This document shows, piece after piece, positions 56,343 through 63,390 of a stretch of 64,000 bases of DNA (position 1 is the stretch's first letter; each line of letters starts with the position of its first letter). Position numbers and translations under genes: made by a program. Origin of the DNA: Lachnospiraceae bacterium (GTDB lineage Bacteria > Bacillota > Clostridia > Lachnospirales > Lachnospiraceae); assembly GCA_051880435.1 (NCBI GenBank), contig JBJENY010000054.1:616-64615 (forward strand). Direction: 5' to 3'. The notes beneath the pieces are model-generated. The model was not told the DNA's origin. It did no database searches and worked only from the letters and a program-made list of their open reading frames with translations.

Positions 56343-56464
56343 GTGTATCCAATGATTCAAAATCTTTTTTCATTATATGGATTTCTTAAATCAAAAATAG
56401 TAATCCCCGTTAGTACATTTAAAGAGTAATGCAGGAGTATGAATGCATTTGTTTGATGAAGCAA

Positions 56465-56595
56465 AGAAGAAATATAAGAAAGATATTCAGGAAAGATATC
56501 CAGAAAAGATATCCAGGAAAGACATTCAGGAAAGATATCCAGGAAAGACATGCAGGGAAGATATAAAGAAAAGATATTAAGAAAAATATTAAACA
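56465..56595. repeat. about 10 tandem 12-14-nt units, consensus CAGGAAAGATATC
   Basis: Read directly: ..ATTCAGGAAAGATATCCAGAAAAGATATCCAGGAAAGACATTCAGGAAAGATATCCAGGAAAGACATGCAGGGAAGATAT... Confidence 0.85.
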
Positions 56596-56811
56596 TATAT
56601 ATTCGAGTATGATATTCACGAAAAAAGTAACAAATTCGCTTGCTTAAATGATATGAAAAGTATGTTTAGAGATATAAGTAAAAATTATATCAAAAAAATA
56701 ACATTTATTTACAATATTTTGTATAAAGTGACAATAGAAAAAGGTAGACAAATACAATTTATTGTGATAAAATAAATTTGTAGAAAATCAAAAGACATAA
56801 GGAGAGATTAT

Positions 56812-57714
56812 ATGAATATCAATCTGGAGTATTACAAGATTTTCTATCATGTAGCCACCGAACTTAGCATTACTGGTGCAGCAAAGAAGCTTTGTATATC
56901 ACAACCTGCCGTCTCCCAAGCTATGAAACAGCTCGAGCAGGGATTAGGGATACAGCTTTTTACCAGACGTGCAAAAGGTGTCAGTTTAACCCGTGCTGGA
57001 ACGTTACTGTTTTCTTATGTTGGAGAGGGGTATGAGACGATTCTCACTGGAGAAAAACAGTTAGAGAAAATGATGAATTTAGAATATGGTGAGGTTCGAA
57101 TAGGAGCCAGCGATATGACCTTACAGTTTTATCTGTTACCATATTTAGAACGATTTCATCAGCTTTATCCTGAGATTAAGGTAACAGTTACTAATGCCCC
57201 TACGCCTCAAACAATTGACCACTTGAATCAGGGCCGAATCGACTTTGGGGTTGTGACCATGCCTGTAGAGGTTGATTCACATTTTGACGTTTTCCGGGTC
57301 CGAAAGATTCGAGACGTGTTTGTGGCAGGGGATAAGTTCCGGGAATTTGAAAATAAGAATTTAACCTACGATGTATTGTCGGAATTACCACTTATTTGTT
57401 TGGAAGGAAAGACGAGTACAAGAACATATGTAGAAGATTATCTGCATACAATGAATATAGAGGTTAAACCGGAGTTTGAACTTGCAACCAGTGACATGAT
57501 TGTCCAATTTGCCAGTCGGAATCTTGGGATTGGATGTGTTGTAGAGGACTTTGCAAGAAACCAGATTGAAGCCGGGAATTTATTTGAACTAACATTTAAA
57601 GAAGCAATTCCGGAACGTGACATGTGTTTAATATTTGATAAAAGAGCAACCATGTCTGTAGCGGCAACGAAACTGAAGGAATTATTAGAAATTGAAGCTG
57701 TGAATGTAGCTTAG
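56812..57714 (+). CDS. LysR-family transcriptional regulator
   Basis: N-terminal HTH FYHVATELSITGAAKKLCISQPAVSQAMKQLEQ plus a substrate-binding domain. Confidence 0.9.
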   Translation: MNINLEYYKIFYHVATELSITGAAKKLCISQPAVSQAMKQLEQGLGIQLFTRRAKGVSLTRAGTLLFSYVGEGYETILTGEKQLEKMMNLEYGEVRIGASDMTLQFYLLPYLERFHQLYPEIKVTVTNAPTPQTIDHLNQGRIDFGVVTMPVEVDSHFDVFRVRKIRDVFVAGDKFREFENKNLTYDVLSELPLICLEGKTSTRTYVEDYLHTMNIEVKPEFELATSDMIVQFASRNLGIGCVVEDFARNQIEAGNLFELTFKEAIPERDMCLIFDKRATMSVAATKLKELLEIEAVNVA

Positions 57715-57794
57715 CATAAAAACGTTCACAAAGTGGCGAGGATAGAGAATAAAATGTACTTTGTGAAGAAAAGTATGAAGGAGGATAATAAGAA

Positions 57795-58064
57795 ATGGAA
57801 CACAATGTATTTACATTAATTAATGAGAATGGTGAAGAGATTCAGTATATTGGATTGAATGTAGTAGAAAATCCTGAGAATGGTCAGAAGTATTTAATTT
57901 ATACAGAGGCCGATAATGCGAAAGAAATTACCGGCAAGCAAATTGATTTGTATGCTTGTATGTATAACAAGGAGAATGGTCGTATTGTATTAGATCCATT
58001 GTCTTCTGAGAAAGAAAGAACATTGATTAAGAACTTTATCGAGGAAAATACCAGAATAGCATAA
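57795..58064 (+). CDS. DUF1292-family small protein
   Basis: ..LINENGEEIQY..ENGQKYLIYTE....LYACMYNKENGRIVLDP..SEKE is the typical DUF1292 pattern. GAAGGAGG RBS. Confidence 0.7.
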   Translation: MEHNVFTLINENGEEIQYIGLNVVENPENGQKYLIYTEADNAKEITGKQIDLYACMYNKENGRIVLDPLSSEKERTLIKNFIEENTRIA

Positions 58065-58089
58065 TGTCCTCTCTTTCTTATATTATAGG

Positions 58090-58127
58090 GATTCCACTTT
58101 TTGTGAAATGAAAGTGGAATCTTTTTT
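58090..58127 (+). terminator. intrinsic terminator
   Basis: GATTCCACTTT (58090-58100) / AAAGTGGAATC (58111-58121), then TTTTTT. Confidence 0.85.
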
Positions 58128-58187
58128 ATTTGTGATTTGTATAGATGGGTGGAGTTTGAAAACTATTTATGACTGAATGAAAGAAGG

Positions 58188-58234
58188 GAAATACCTACTA
58201 AAATATATATTATTGCTTGAATACTAGGTAATTT
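58188..58234. repeat. solitary, degenerate copy of the TACCTAC hairpin unit
   Basis: AAATACCTACTAAAATATATATTATTGCTTGAATACTAGGTAATT. The left arm is identical to the 19-kb array; the right arm has one mismatch. Confidence 0.7.
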
Positions 58235-58304
58235 GGATAGAAAAGGAAAGCTTATAAAGGAACAAATTCGTGAGATGACGAAAGCAAATTAAAATATAGA
58301 ATAT

Positions 58305-58313
58305 TGTTATAAT
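58305..58313 (+). promoter_or_regulatory. extended -10 promoter element of purA (TGTTATAAT)
   Basis: TG-N-TATAAT read directly. No good -35. Confidence 0.45.
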
Positions 58314-58321
58314 CATAAGAG

Positions 58322-58364
58322 AGATATAAGCTGTACTTATATGATATAAGTGTAGCTTATGTCT
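58322..58364 (+). promoter_or_regulatory. 19-bp stem / 5-nt loop hairpin at the predicted 5' end of the purA leader
   Basis: AGATATAAGCTGTACTTAT-ATGAT-ATAAGTGTAGCTTATGTCT gives 16 Watson-Crick pairs plus 3 G.U pairs, possible only in the + strand RNA. No following T-run. Confidence 0.6.
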
Positions 58365-58469
58365 AATATTAGATATATTAATTTTACTTATATGTTGCAT
58401 TATGTTATATTATAGAAAGGATAAAGTGGTCATTTATCCAAAATGTTTGATTGAGAAAGGGTTAACGAA

Positions 58470-59747
58470 ATGGTTAAAGCAGTAGTAGGTGCAAATTGGG
58501 GAGATGAAGGTAAGGGTAAAATTACCGATATGTTAAGTAAAGAAGCAGATATAATTGTCCGCTTTCAAGGTGGTGCAAATGCAGGTCATACAATCGTAAA
58601 TGATTATGGTAAATTTGCACTTCATACATTACCATCAGGTGTATTTTATGATCATACAACAAGTATTATTGGTAATGGTGTGGCATTAGATATACCCAAA
58701 TTATTCAAGGAAATAAATGAAGTAATAGAAAAGGGTGTTCCTGCACCTAAGATTTTAGTTTCAGACCGTGCACAGATGGTTATGCCTTATCATGTATTAT
58801 TTGATACATATGAGGAGGCAAGACTTGCAGGTAAGTCATTTGGTTCTACAAAGTCAGGTATTGCTCCATTTTATTCTGATAAATATGCAAAGATTGGTTT
58901 CCAGGTATCAGAATTATTTATGGAAGAGGATGCATTAAAAGAAAAAATTGAGCGGGTTATTGCACAGAAGAATATTTTGTTAGAGCATTTATATCATCAG
59001 CCATTATTAACTGTTGATGAAGTATATGCAACATTAATGGAATATAAGGAAATGGTTGAGCCATATGTATGTGATGTATCTGCATACCTTTATCAGGCAA
59101 TTAAAGAAGGCAAGAATATTTTATTAGAGGGTCAGTTAGGTTCTTTAAAGGATCCGGATCACGGAATTTATCCAATGGTTACATCATCCTCTACATTAGC
59201 AGCTTATGGTGCAATCGGTGCAGGTATTCCTCCATATGAGATTAAGAAGGTTATTACTGTATGTAAGGCTTATTCTTCAGCAGTAGGTGCCGGTGCATTT
59301 GTAAGTGAAATCTTTGGTGAGGAAGCAGATGAATTACGTCGTCGCGGTGGTGACGGTGGTGAGTATGGTGCAACGACCGGTCGTCCAAGACGTATGGGAT
59401 GGTTTGACTGTGTTGCTTCTAAGTATGGATGTCGTATACAGGGAACAACAGATGTAGCATTTACCGTATTAGATGTACTTGGCTATCTTGATGAAATTCC
59501 GGTTTGTGTTGGTTACGAAATTGATGGAGAAATTACAACAGACTTCCCAACAACAGCTAAGCTTGAAAAGGCAAAACCGGTACTTAAGGTATTACCTGGC
59601 TGGAAAGAAGATATTCGTGGAATTAAGAAGTACGAGGATCTTCCTGAAAACTGTAGAAAATACATTGAATTTGTTGAGGAGCAACTTGGATTCCCTATTA
59701 CGATGGTTTCTAATGGTCCTGGAAGAAACGATATTATTTACAGATAA
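58470..59747 (+). CDS. purA: adenylosuccinate synthase
   Basis: GANWGDEGKGKITD P-loop, GGANAGHT, TTGRPRR; 425 aa. Confidence 0.95.
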   Translation: MVKAVVGANWGDEGKGKITDMLSKEADIIVRFQGGANAGHTIVNDYGKFALHTLPSGVFYDHTTSIIGNGVALDIPKLFKEINEVIEKGVPAPKILVSDRAQMVMPYHVLFDTYEEARLAGKSFGSTKSGIAPFYSDKYAKIGFQVSELFMEEDALKEKIERVIAQKNILLEHLYHQPLLTVDEVYATLMEYKEMVEPYVCDVSAYLYQAIKEGKNILLEGQLGSLKDPDHGIYPMVTSSSTLAAYGAIGAGIPPYEIKKVITVCKAYSSAVGAGAFVSEIFGEEADELRRRGGDGGEYGATTGRPRRMGWFDCVASKYGCRIQGTTDVAFTVLDVLGYLDEIPVCVGYEIDGEITTDFPTTAKLEKAKPVLKVLPGWKEDIRGIKKYEDLPENCRKYIEFVEEQLGFPITMVSNGPGRNDIIYR

Positions 59748-59773
59748 TATAAAATATCATAAAATGAAAGCTA

Positions 59774-59808
59774 AAAAGATGAGTCGGCAAGTCTGATTCA
59801 TCTTTTTT
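59774..59808 (+). terminator. purA terminator
   Basis: AAAAGATGA (59774-59782) / TCATCTTTT (59798-59806), running into a T-run. Confidence 0.7.
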
Positions 59809-59847
59809 ATAATCGGTATTATATGATTTGGAGGACTGAAGAGCAGG

Positions 59848-60045
59848 AAAAAACCTGCCAAATAGGGAAAATAAGGAAGTCTGGTAGGTAAATAATCATG
59901 CCTGAGGAAGAAAAAATAGGAGAAATACCTACTAAAAAGAGAAAATAGGCGAATTGGTAGGTAAATGAGTGGAATGAACGAAAGAAAAAACAGGAAAATA
60001 CCTACTAAAATAGAGAAGAGATGGAAATTAGTAGGTAACAGAGGA
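59848..60045. repeat. 3 tandem units (74/73-bp period) of the TACCTAC hairpin family
   Basis: Left arms at 59852 (AACCTGCCA), 59926 and 59999 (TACCTACTA). Right arms TGGTAGGTA (59882, 59955) and TAGTAGGTA (60029). Confidence 0.9.
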
Positions 60046-60095
60046 AAATCCTGCCTCATATAGTATAGTTTCGAAATAACAAATGGAGATGAAAA

Positions 60096-61103
60096 ATGAA
60101 AAAACGATTGGTTACATTGGGTGTAGTTCTCTGCGGATGTATCGTGTTCGCAGTATTAGCACTGGGAAATGGAATAGGAATTATTGACAGAAACGGTTTC
60201 GATGACAATATCAGTAACACAATAGAAACTGAGGTTGCTTCCACAAATGATGAGATTTTCCAAAATGAAGAAATAGAAGATATTCAGGATGATACTAGTC
60301 AGGAATCGGCAGAAGATAATATAAAGATAACAGTAGAGGATGTTACAAAGACAGGCTCGGCAAATGATAAGAATGAAATAACAGAAGTAGAAACAGCGGA
60401 AGAATTCACGAATGGTCCATCCATGGATAAACTGATGAGATTTGCCATAGCTCCTGTTGGCAATACCATGTATATCTGGGGTGGAGGCTGGAATGAGGCA
60501 GATGATGGAGCGGGAATCGAGGCGGTTACCATAGGCGTCAGTTCCCGATGGGCAGAATATGCCGCACAGCAGGGTACAGATTATAATTACAGAAATACCA
60601 GATATCAGATTCATGATGGATTGGATTGTTCAGGCTATATTGGCTGGCTGGTCTATAATGTTATGAATGAAGAAAGTGGTAATGAAGGCTATGTGATATA
60701 TGCTTGTGATATGGCAAAAACATTTGCAGAGTATGGATGGGGAACCTATATGACTTCCGGTGATTATAAGCCCGGAGATATTTGTAGTATGCCAGGACAT
60801 GTATGGTTATGTCTGGGTACCTGTTCCGATGGAAGTGTATTGCTAGTTCATGCAAGTCCTCCCGGTGTTCGCATTTGCGGAACCAAGTTGCCCGGCGGTT
60901 ATAATAGTCAGGCGATAGAATTAGCAAAGGAAATTATGAGTACACATTATGAGACCTGGTATAATCGATATCCGGATTGTAGTGTAGATGCCGGATATTT
61001 AACCGGTTCTGTTAGAATGAGATGGGATACATCAGTTTTACCGGATGAGAATGATATTCAAAATGCAAGTGCTGAACAGGTAGCAAAGTATCTGTTTGAT
61101 TAG
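60096..61103 (+). CDS. secreted NlpC/P60 (C40)-like cell-wall peptidase
   Basis: Signal/lipoprotein-like N-terminus (LGVVLCGC), acidic linker, YIWGGGW..., catalytic Cys context GLDCSGYIGWLVY and His context PGHVWLCLG. Confidence 0.65.
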   Translation: MKKRLVTLGVVLCGCIVFAVLALGNGIGIIDRNGFDDNISNTIETEVASTNDEIFQNEEIEDIQDDTSQESAEDNIKITVEDVTKTGSANDKNEITEVETAEEFTNGPSMDKLMRFAIAPVGNTMYIWGGGWNEADDGAGIEAVTIGVSSRWAEYAAQQGTDYNYRNTRYQIHDGLDCSGYIGWLVYNVMNEESGNEGYVIYACDMAKTFAEYGWGTYMTSGDYKPGDICSMPGHVWLCLGTCSDGSVLLVHASPPGVRICGTKLPGGYNSQAIELAKEIMSTHYETWYNRYPDCSVDAGYLTGSVRMRWDTSVLPDENDIQNASAEQVAKYLFD

Positions 61104-61363
61104 AGTCTCTACAGTAATGCAGTGGATTTATAAGAATTCATTGCATTTTTATTTTGTTTTTATTAAAAAAGGGTTATAATAGAAGCATTCATTTATAAAG
61201 ATGTGAAACGGGAACAGTCAGGTATTTGCAAAATGAAACTGCGGTTTATATTTTACATGGGGTATTTTTTATTGTTTGCAAAATGCAATTGCAGTTGATA
61301 TGCTAAGAATCTTTTTATGATGTAAACACCGGTGGAATAATAAGATGGAGGTACTCAATTAAT

Positions 61364-61849
61364 ATGGAACATACAGTAAGAAAAAATAAGTGGAATCGAA
61401 TTGCTCTTCGTTCGGTGGCATTTATATTTCTATTTATTGCAATATTACGGATTGTGGTAGTTGTAGTAAGTAAGGAACCAACTAATCGGCTGGTAACCAT
61501 TGTATTATGCGGCGGATGTCTGTTGTATGGTTTTTATTTGCTTGTAGGAACCTTAAAGCCTCAGGCATATGATATAACCTATGTTTTTTTGGATAAAACA
61601 TTTACAATGAAAATGCATAGAAAAGAAAAAACGTATTCTTATGGTGATATTAAGGACTTGGGATATGTCATTCCCAATGATAGTTTGGATTATAGTCTGA
61701 TTCAGATTTTCCTTGATAAGGAGCAGTATACCATTCCTTTTAATGGGAACAGCAACGTAGGCAAGGGTCTTTATGGTATGTTAAAGCTAAAAAGAGAAGA
61801 GGCATTGGGAAAATCAGAAGAAGGAAAAGAAGAAATGTCTCAATCATAA
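61364..61849 (+). CDS. hypothetical 2-TM protein (161 aa)
   Basis: GGAGG RBS. TMs VAFIFLFIAILRIVVVVV and IVLCGGCLLYGFYLLVG, plus a soluble C-terminal domain. Confidence 0.6.
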   Translation: MEHTVRKNKWNRIALRSVAFIFLFIAILRIVVVVVSKEPTNRLVTIVLCGGCLLYGFYLLVGTLKPQAYDITYVFLDKTFTMKMHRKEKTYSYGDIKDLGYVIPNDSLDYSLIQIFLDKEQYTIPFNGNSNVGKGLYGMLKLKREEALGKSEEGKEEMSQS

Positions 61850-61871
61850 TAGAAATACGATAAAAATAAAT

Positions 61872-62141
61872 GAAAATTGATAATGAGAGAGAAACATAAA
61901 ATTATATGAAAATCCAAAATGAAATGAAAATCGATAATGAGAGAGAAACATAAAATTATATGAAAATCCAAAATGAAATGAAAATCGATAATGAGAGAGA
62001 AACATAAAATTATATGGAAATCCAAAATAAAATGAAAATCGATAATGAGAGAGAAACATAAAATTATATGGAAATCCAAAATGAAATGAAAATCGATAAT
62101 GAGAGAGAAACATAAAATTATATGGAAATCTAAAATCAAAT
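61872..62141. repeat. 5 x 54-bp near-identical tandem repeat
   Basis: GATAATGAGAGAG starts at 61879, 61933, 61987, 62041 and 62095, exactly 54 bp apart. Only a few substitutions between copies. The array ends 39 bp before the birA ATG. Confidence 0.95.
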
Positions 62142-62179
62142 GGAAACCGGAAAAATCAATTTATGAATGGAGTTAGAAA

Positions 62180-63157
62180 ATGAAAGATAAAATATTGGCA
62201 CTGCTAAAGTCTTCCTCAGATTATATATCAGGACAGAACATTTGTAATCAGTTGGGGGTTTCGCGGACAGCAGTATGGAAAAATATCAATGCATTAAAAC
62301 AGGAAGGATATGAAATTGATTCCGTTAATAATAAAGGATACCGGTTGCTATCGGAACCGGATATTATTAATGAAATGCGTATCCGGGAATATATGAACAC
62401 AAAATGGATGGGAAAGGACATCATTTATTTTCCTGTTACAGATTCTACCAATACTCAGGCAAAACGGTTAGGAGAAGAGGGGGCAGAACATGGGACCCTT
62501 GTTGTAACCCAGTGCCAGACGGCAGGCCGTGGAAGAAGGGGCAGAAGCTGGGAGTCTCCGGAGGGAAATGTTTATTTTACTTTTATATTAAGACCTGAGG
62601 TGGAAGTGTCAAGGGCGTCCATGCTTACACTGGTATCGGCACTTGCTCTTGCAAAGGCAATTGAAAGGGTAACAAAATTAGATACCCGGATTAAATGGCC
62701 CAATGATGTGGTGGCAAATGGAAAGAAGCTTTGTGGGATTCTTACGGAAAGCAGTACGGATTTGGAATATATCAATTATGTGGTAGTTGGAATCGGTATA
62801 AATGTGAATCAGACTTATTTCCCGGATGAGCTGGCAGATAAGGCATCCTCTTTGTTATTAGAATTAGGTCATAGTGTTAACCGTGGTCAAATTCTTGGAG
62901 AATTCCTAAATCAGTTTGAAAAGTATTATGAAATATTTATGAAAACAGAGAATATGTCAGATTTAGTTGCACTTTATAATGAAAAACTGGTTAATTGTGG
63001 ACGTGAAGTAAAGATTATTGAAAAAGATAATGAGAGAATATTAAAGGCAATTGGAATTGATAACATGGGAGGCTTGATTGTAGAAAATCCGGAAGGTGTG
63101 AGGGAAACCATAATTTCCGGGGAGGTATCTGTCAGAGGAATTTATGGATATGTATAA
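62180..63157 (+). CDS. birA: bifunctional biotin-protein ligase / biotin operon repressor
   Basis: N-terminal wHTH (ISGQNICNQLGVSRTAVWKNINALKQEGY), GRGRRGRSW biotin loop, KWPNDV. Confidence 0.92.
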   Translation: MKDKILALLKSSSDYISGQNICNQLGVSRTAVWKNINALKQEGYEIDSVNNKGYRLLSEPDIINEMRIREYMNTKWMGKDIIYFPVTDSTNTQAKRLGEEGAEHGTLVVTQCQTAGRGRRGRSWESPEGNVYFTFILRPEVEVSRASMLTLVSALALAKAIERVTKLDTRIKWPNDVVANGKKLCGILTESSTDLEYINYVVVGIGINVNQTYFPDELADKASSLLLELGHSVNRGQILGEFLNQFEKYYEIFMKTENMSDLVALYNEKLVNCGREVKIIEKDNERILKAIGIDNMGGLIVENPEGVRETIISGEVSVRGIYGYV

Positions 63158-63181
63158 ATTTACAGATTCTTAGAACTAAGA

Positions 63182-63390
63182 GATGATGTAATGAAGGAAG
63201 GAACTTGGGGCTTAAGGAGTGAAAACAAAAATTAACTGCGGTGAAGATATGATGGAAGAATGAATTTGGGGTATAAGGAGTAAAAACAAAAATTGACTGT
63301 GGTGATTATGTAATGGAAGGCTGAACTTGGGCATAAGGAGTGAAAGCAAAAATTGACTGTGGTGATTATATAATGGAGGGATGGAATATG
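63182..63390. repeat. 3.5 x 60-bp tandem repeat whose last partial copy contains the RBS and start codon of the next ORF
   Basis: The xACTGyGGTGAwxAT landmark starts at 63233, 63293 and 63353, a 60-bp period. Unit text: ..ATGGAAGGCTGAACTTGGGCATAAGGAGTGAAAGCAAAAATTGACTGTGGTGATTATGTA... Confidence 0.9.

Noticed and set aside
21415-57777. Split palindromes as invertible-promoter switches (invertons) or integron attC sites.
   Set aside because: No recombinase, invertase or integron integrase is encoded in the window. The interiors (21-66 nt) are shorter than typical invertible segments, and six of them look like terminators with T-runs. This cannot be fully excluded without read-level evidence.
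58065-58469. Purine riboswitch or PurR PurBox in the purA leader.
   Set aside because: There is no three-way-junction consensus (no UAUAAUCGCG...CCGUAAAU-like core) and no AWWWCCGAACWWT-like box. Only a simple long hairpin and a short palindrome are present.
59810-60095. c-di-AMP (ydaO-type) riboswitch upstream of the NlpC/P60 gene, a classic location for it.
   Set aside because: I could not find the conserved ACGGGG / CCCGA-type blocks or the pseudo-two-fold architecture. The region is instead explained by three units of the TACCTAC hairpin repeat.
61840-62139. Repeat-encoded proteins from minus-strand ORFs 61840-62139 and 61844-62113 (ILDFHIILCFSLIIDFHF repeats).
   Set aside because: The frames stay open only because the 54-bp unit is a multiple of three and purine-rich on the + strand. 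There is no RBS before either ATG, and the composition is implausible.
61872-62141. BirA operator (bioO) within the 54-bp repeat upstream of birA.
   Set aside because: The unit contains no long dyad and nothing resembling the TGTTAAC-N-GTTAACA type operator of Firmicutes. BirA operators normally precede bio genes, not birA.
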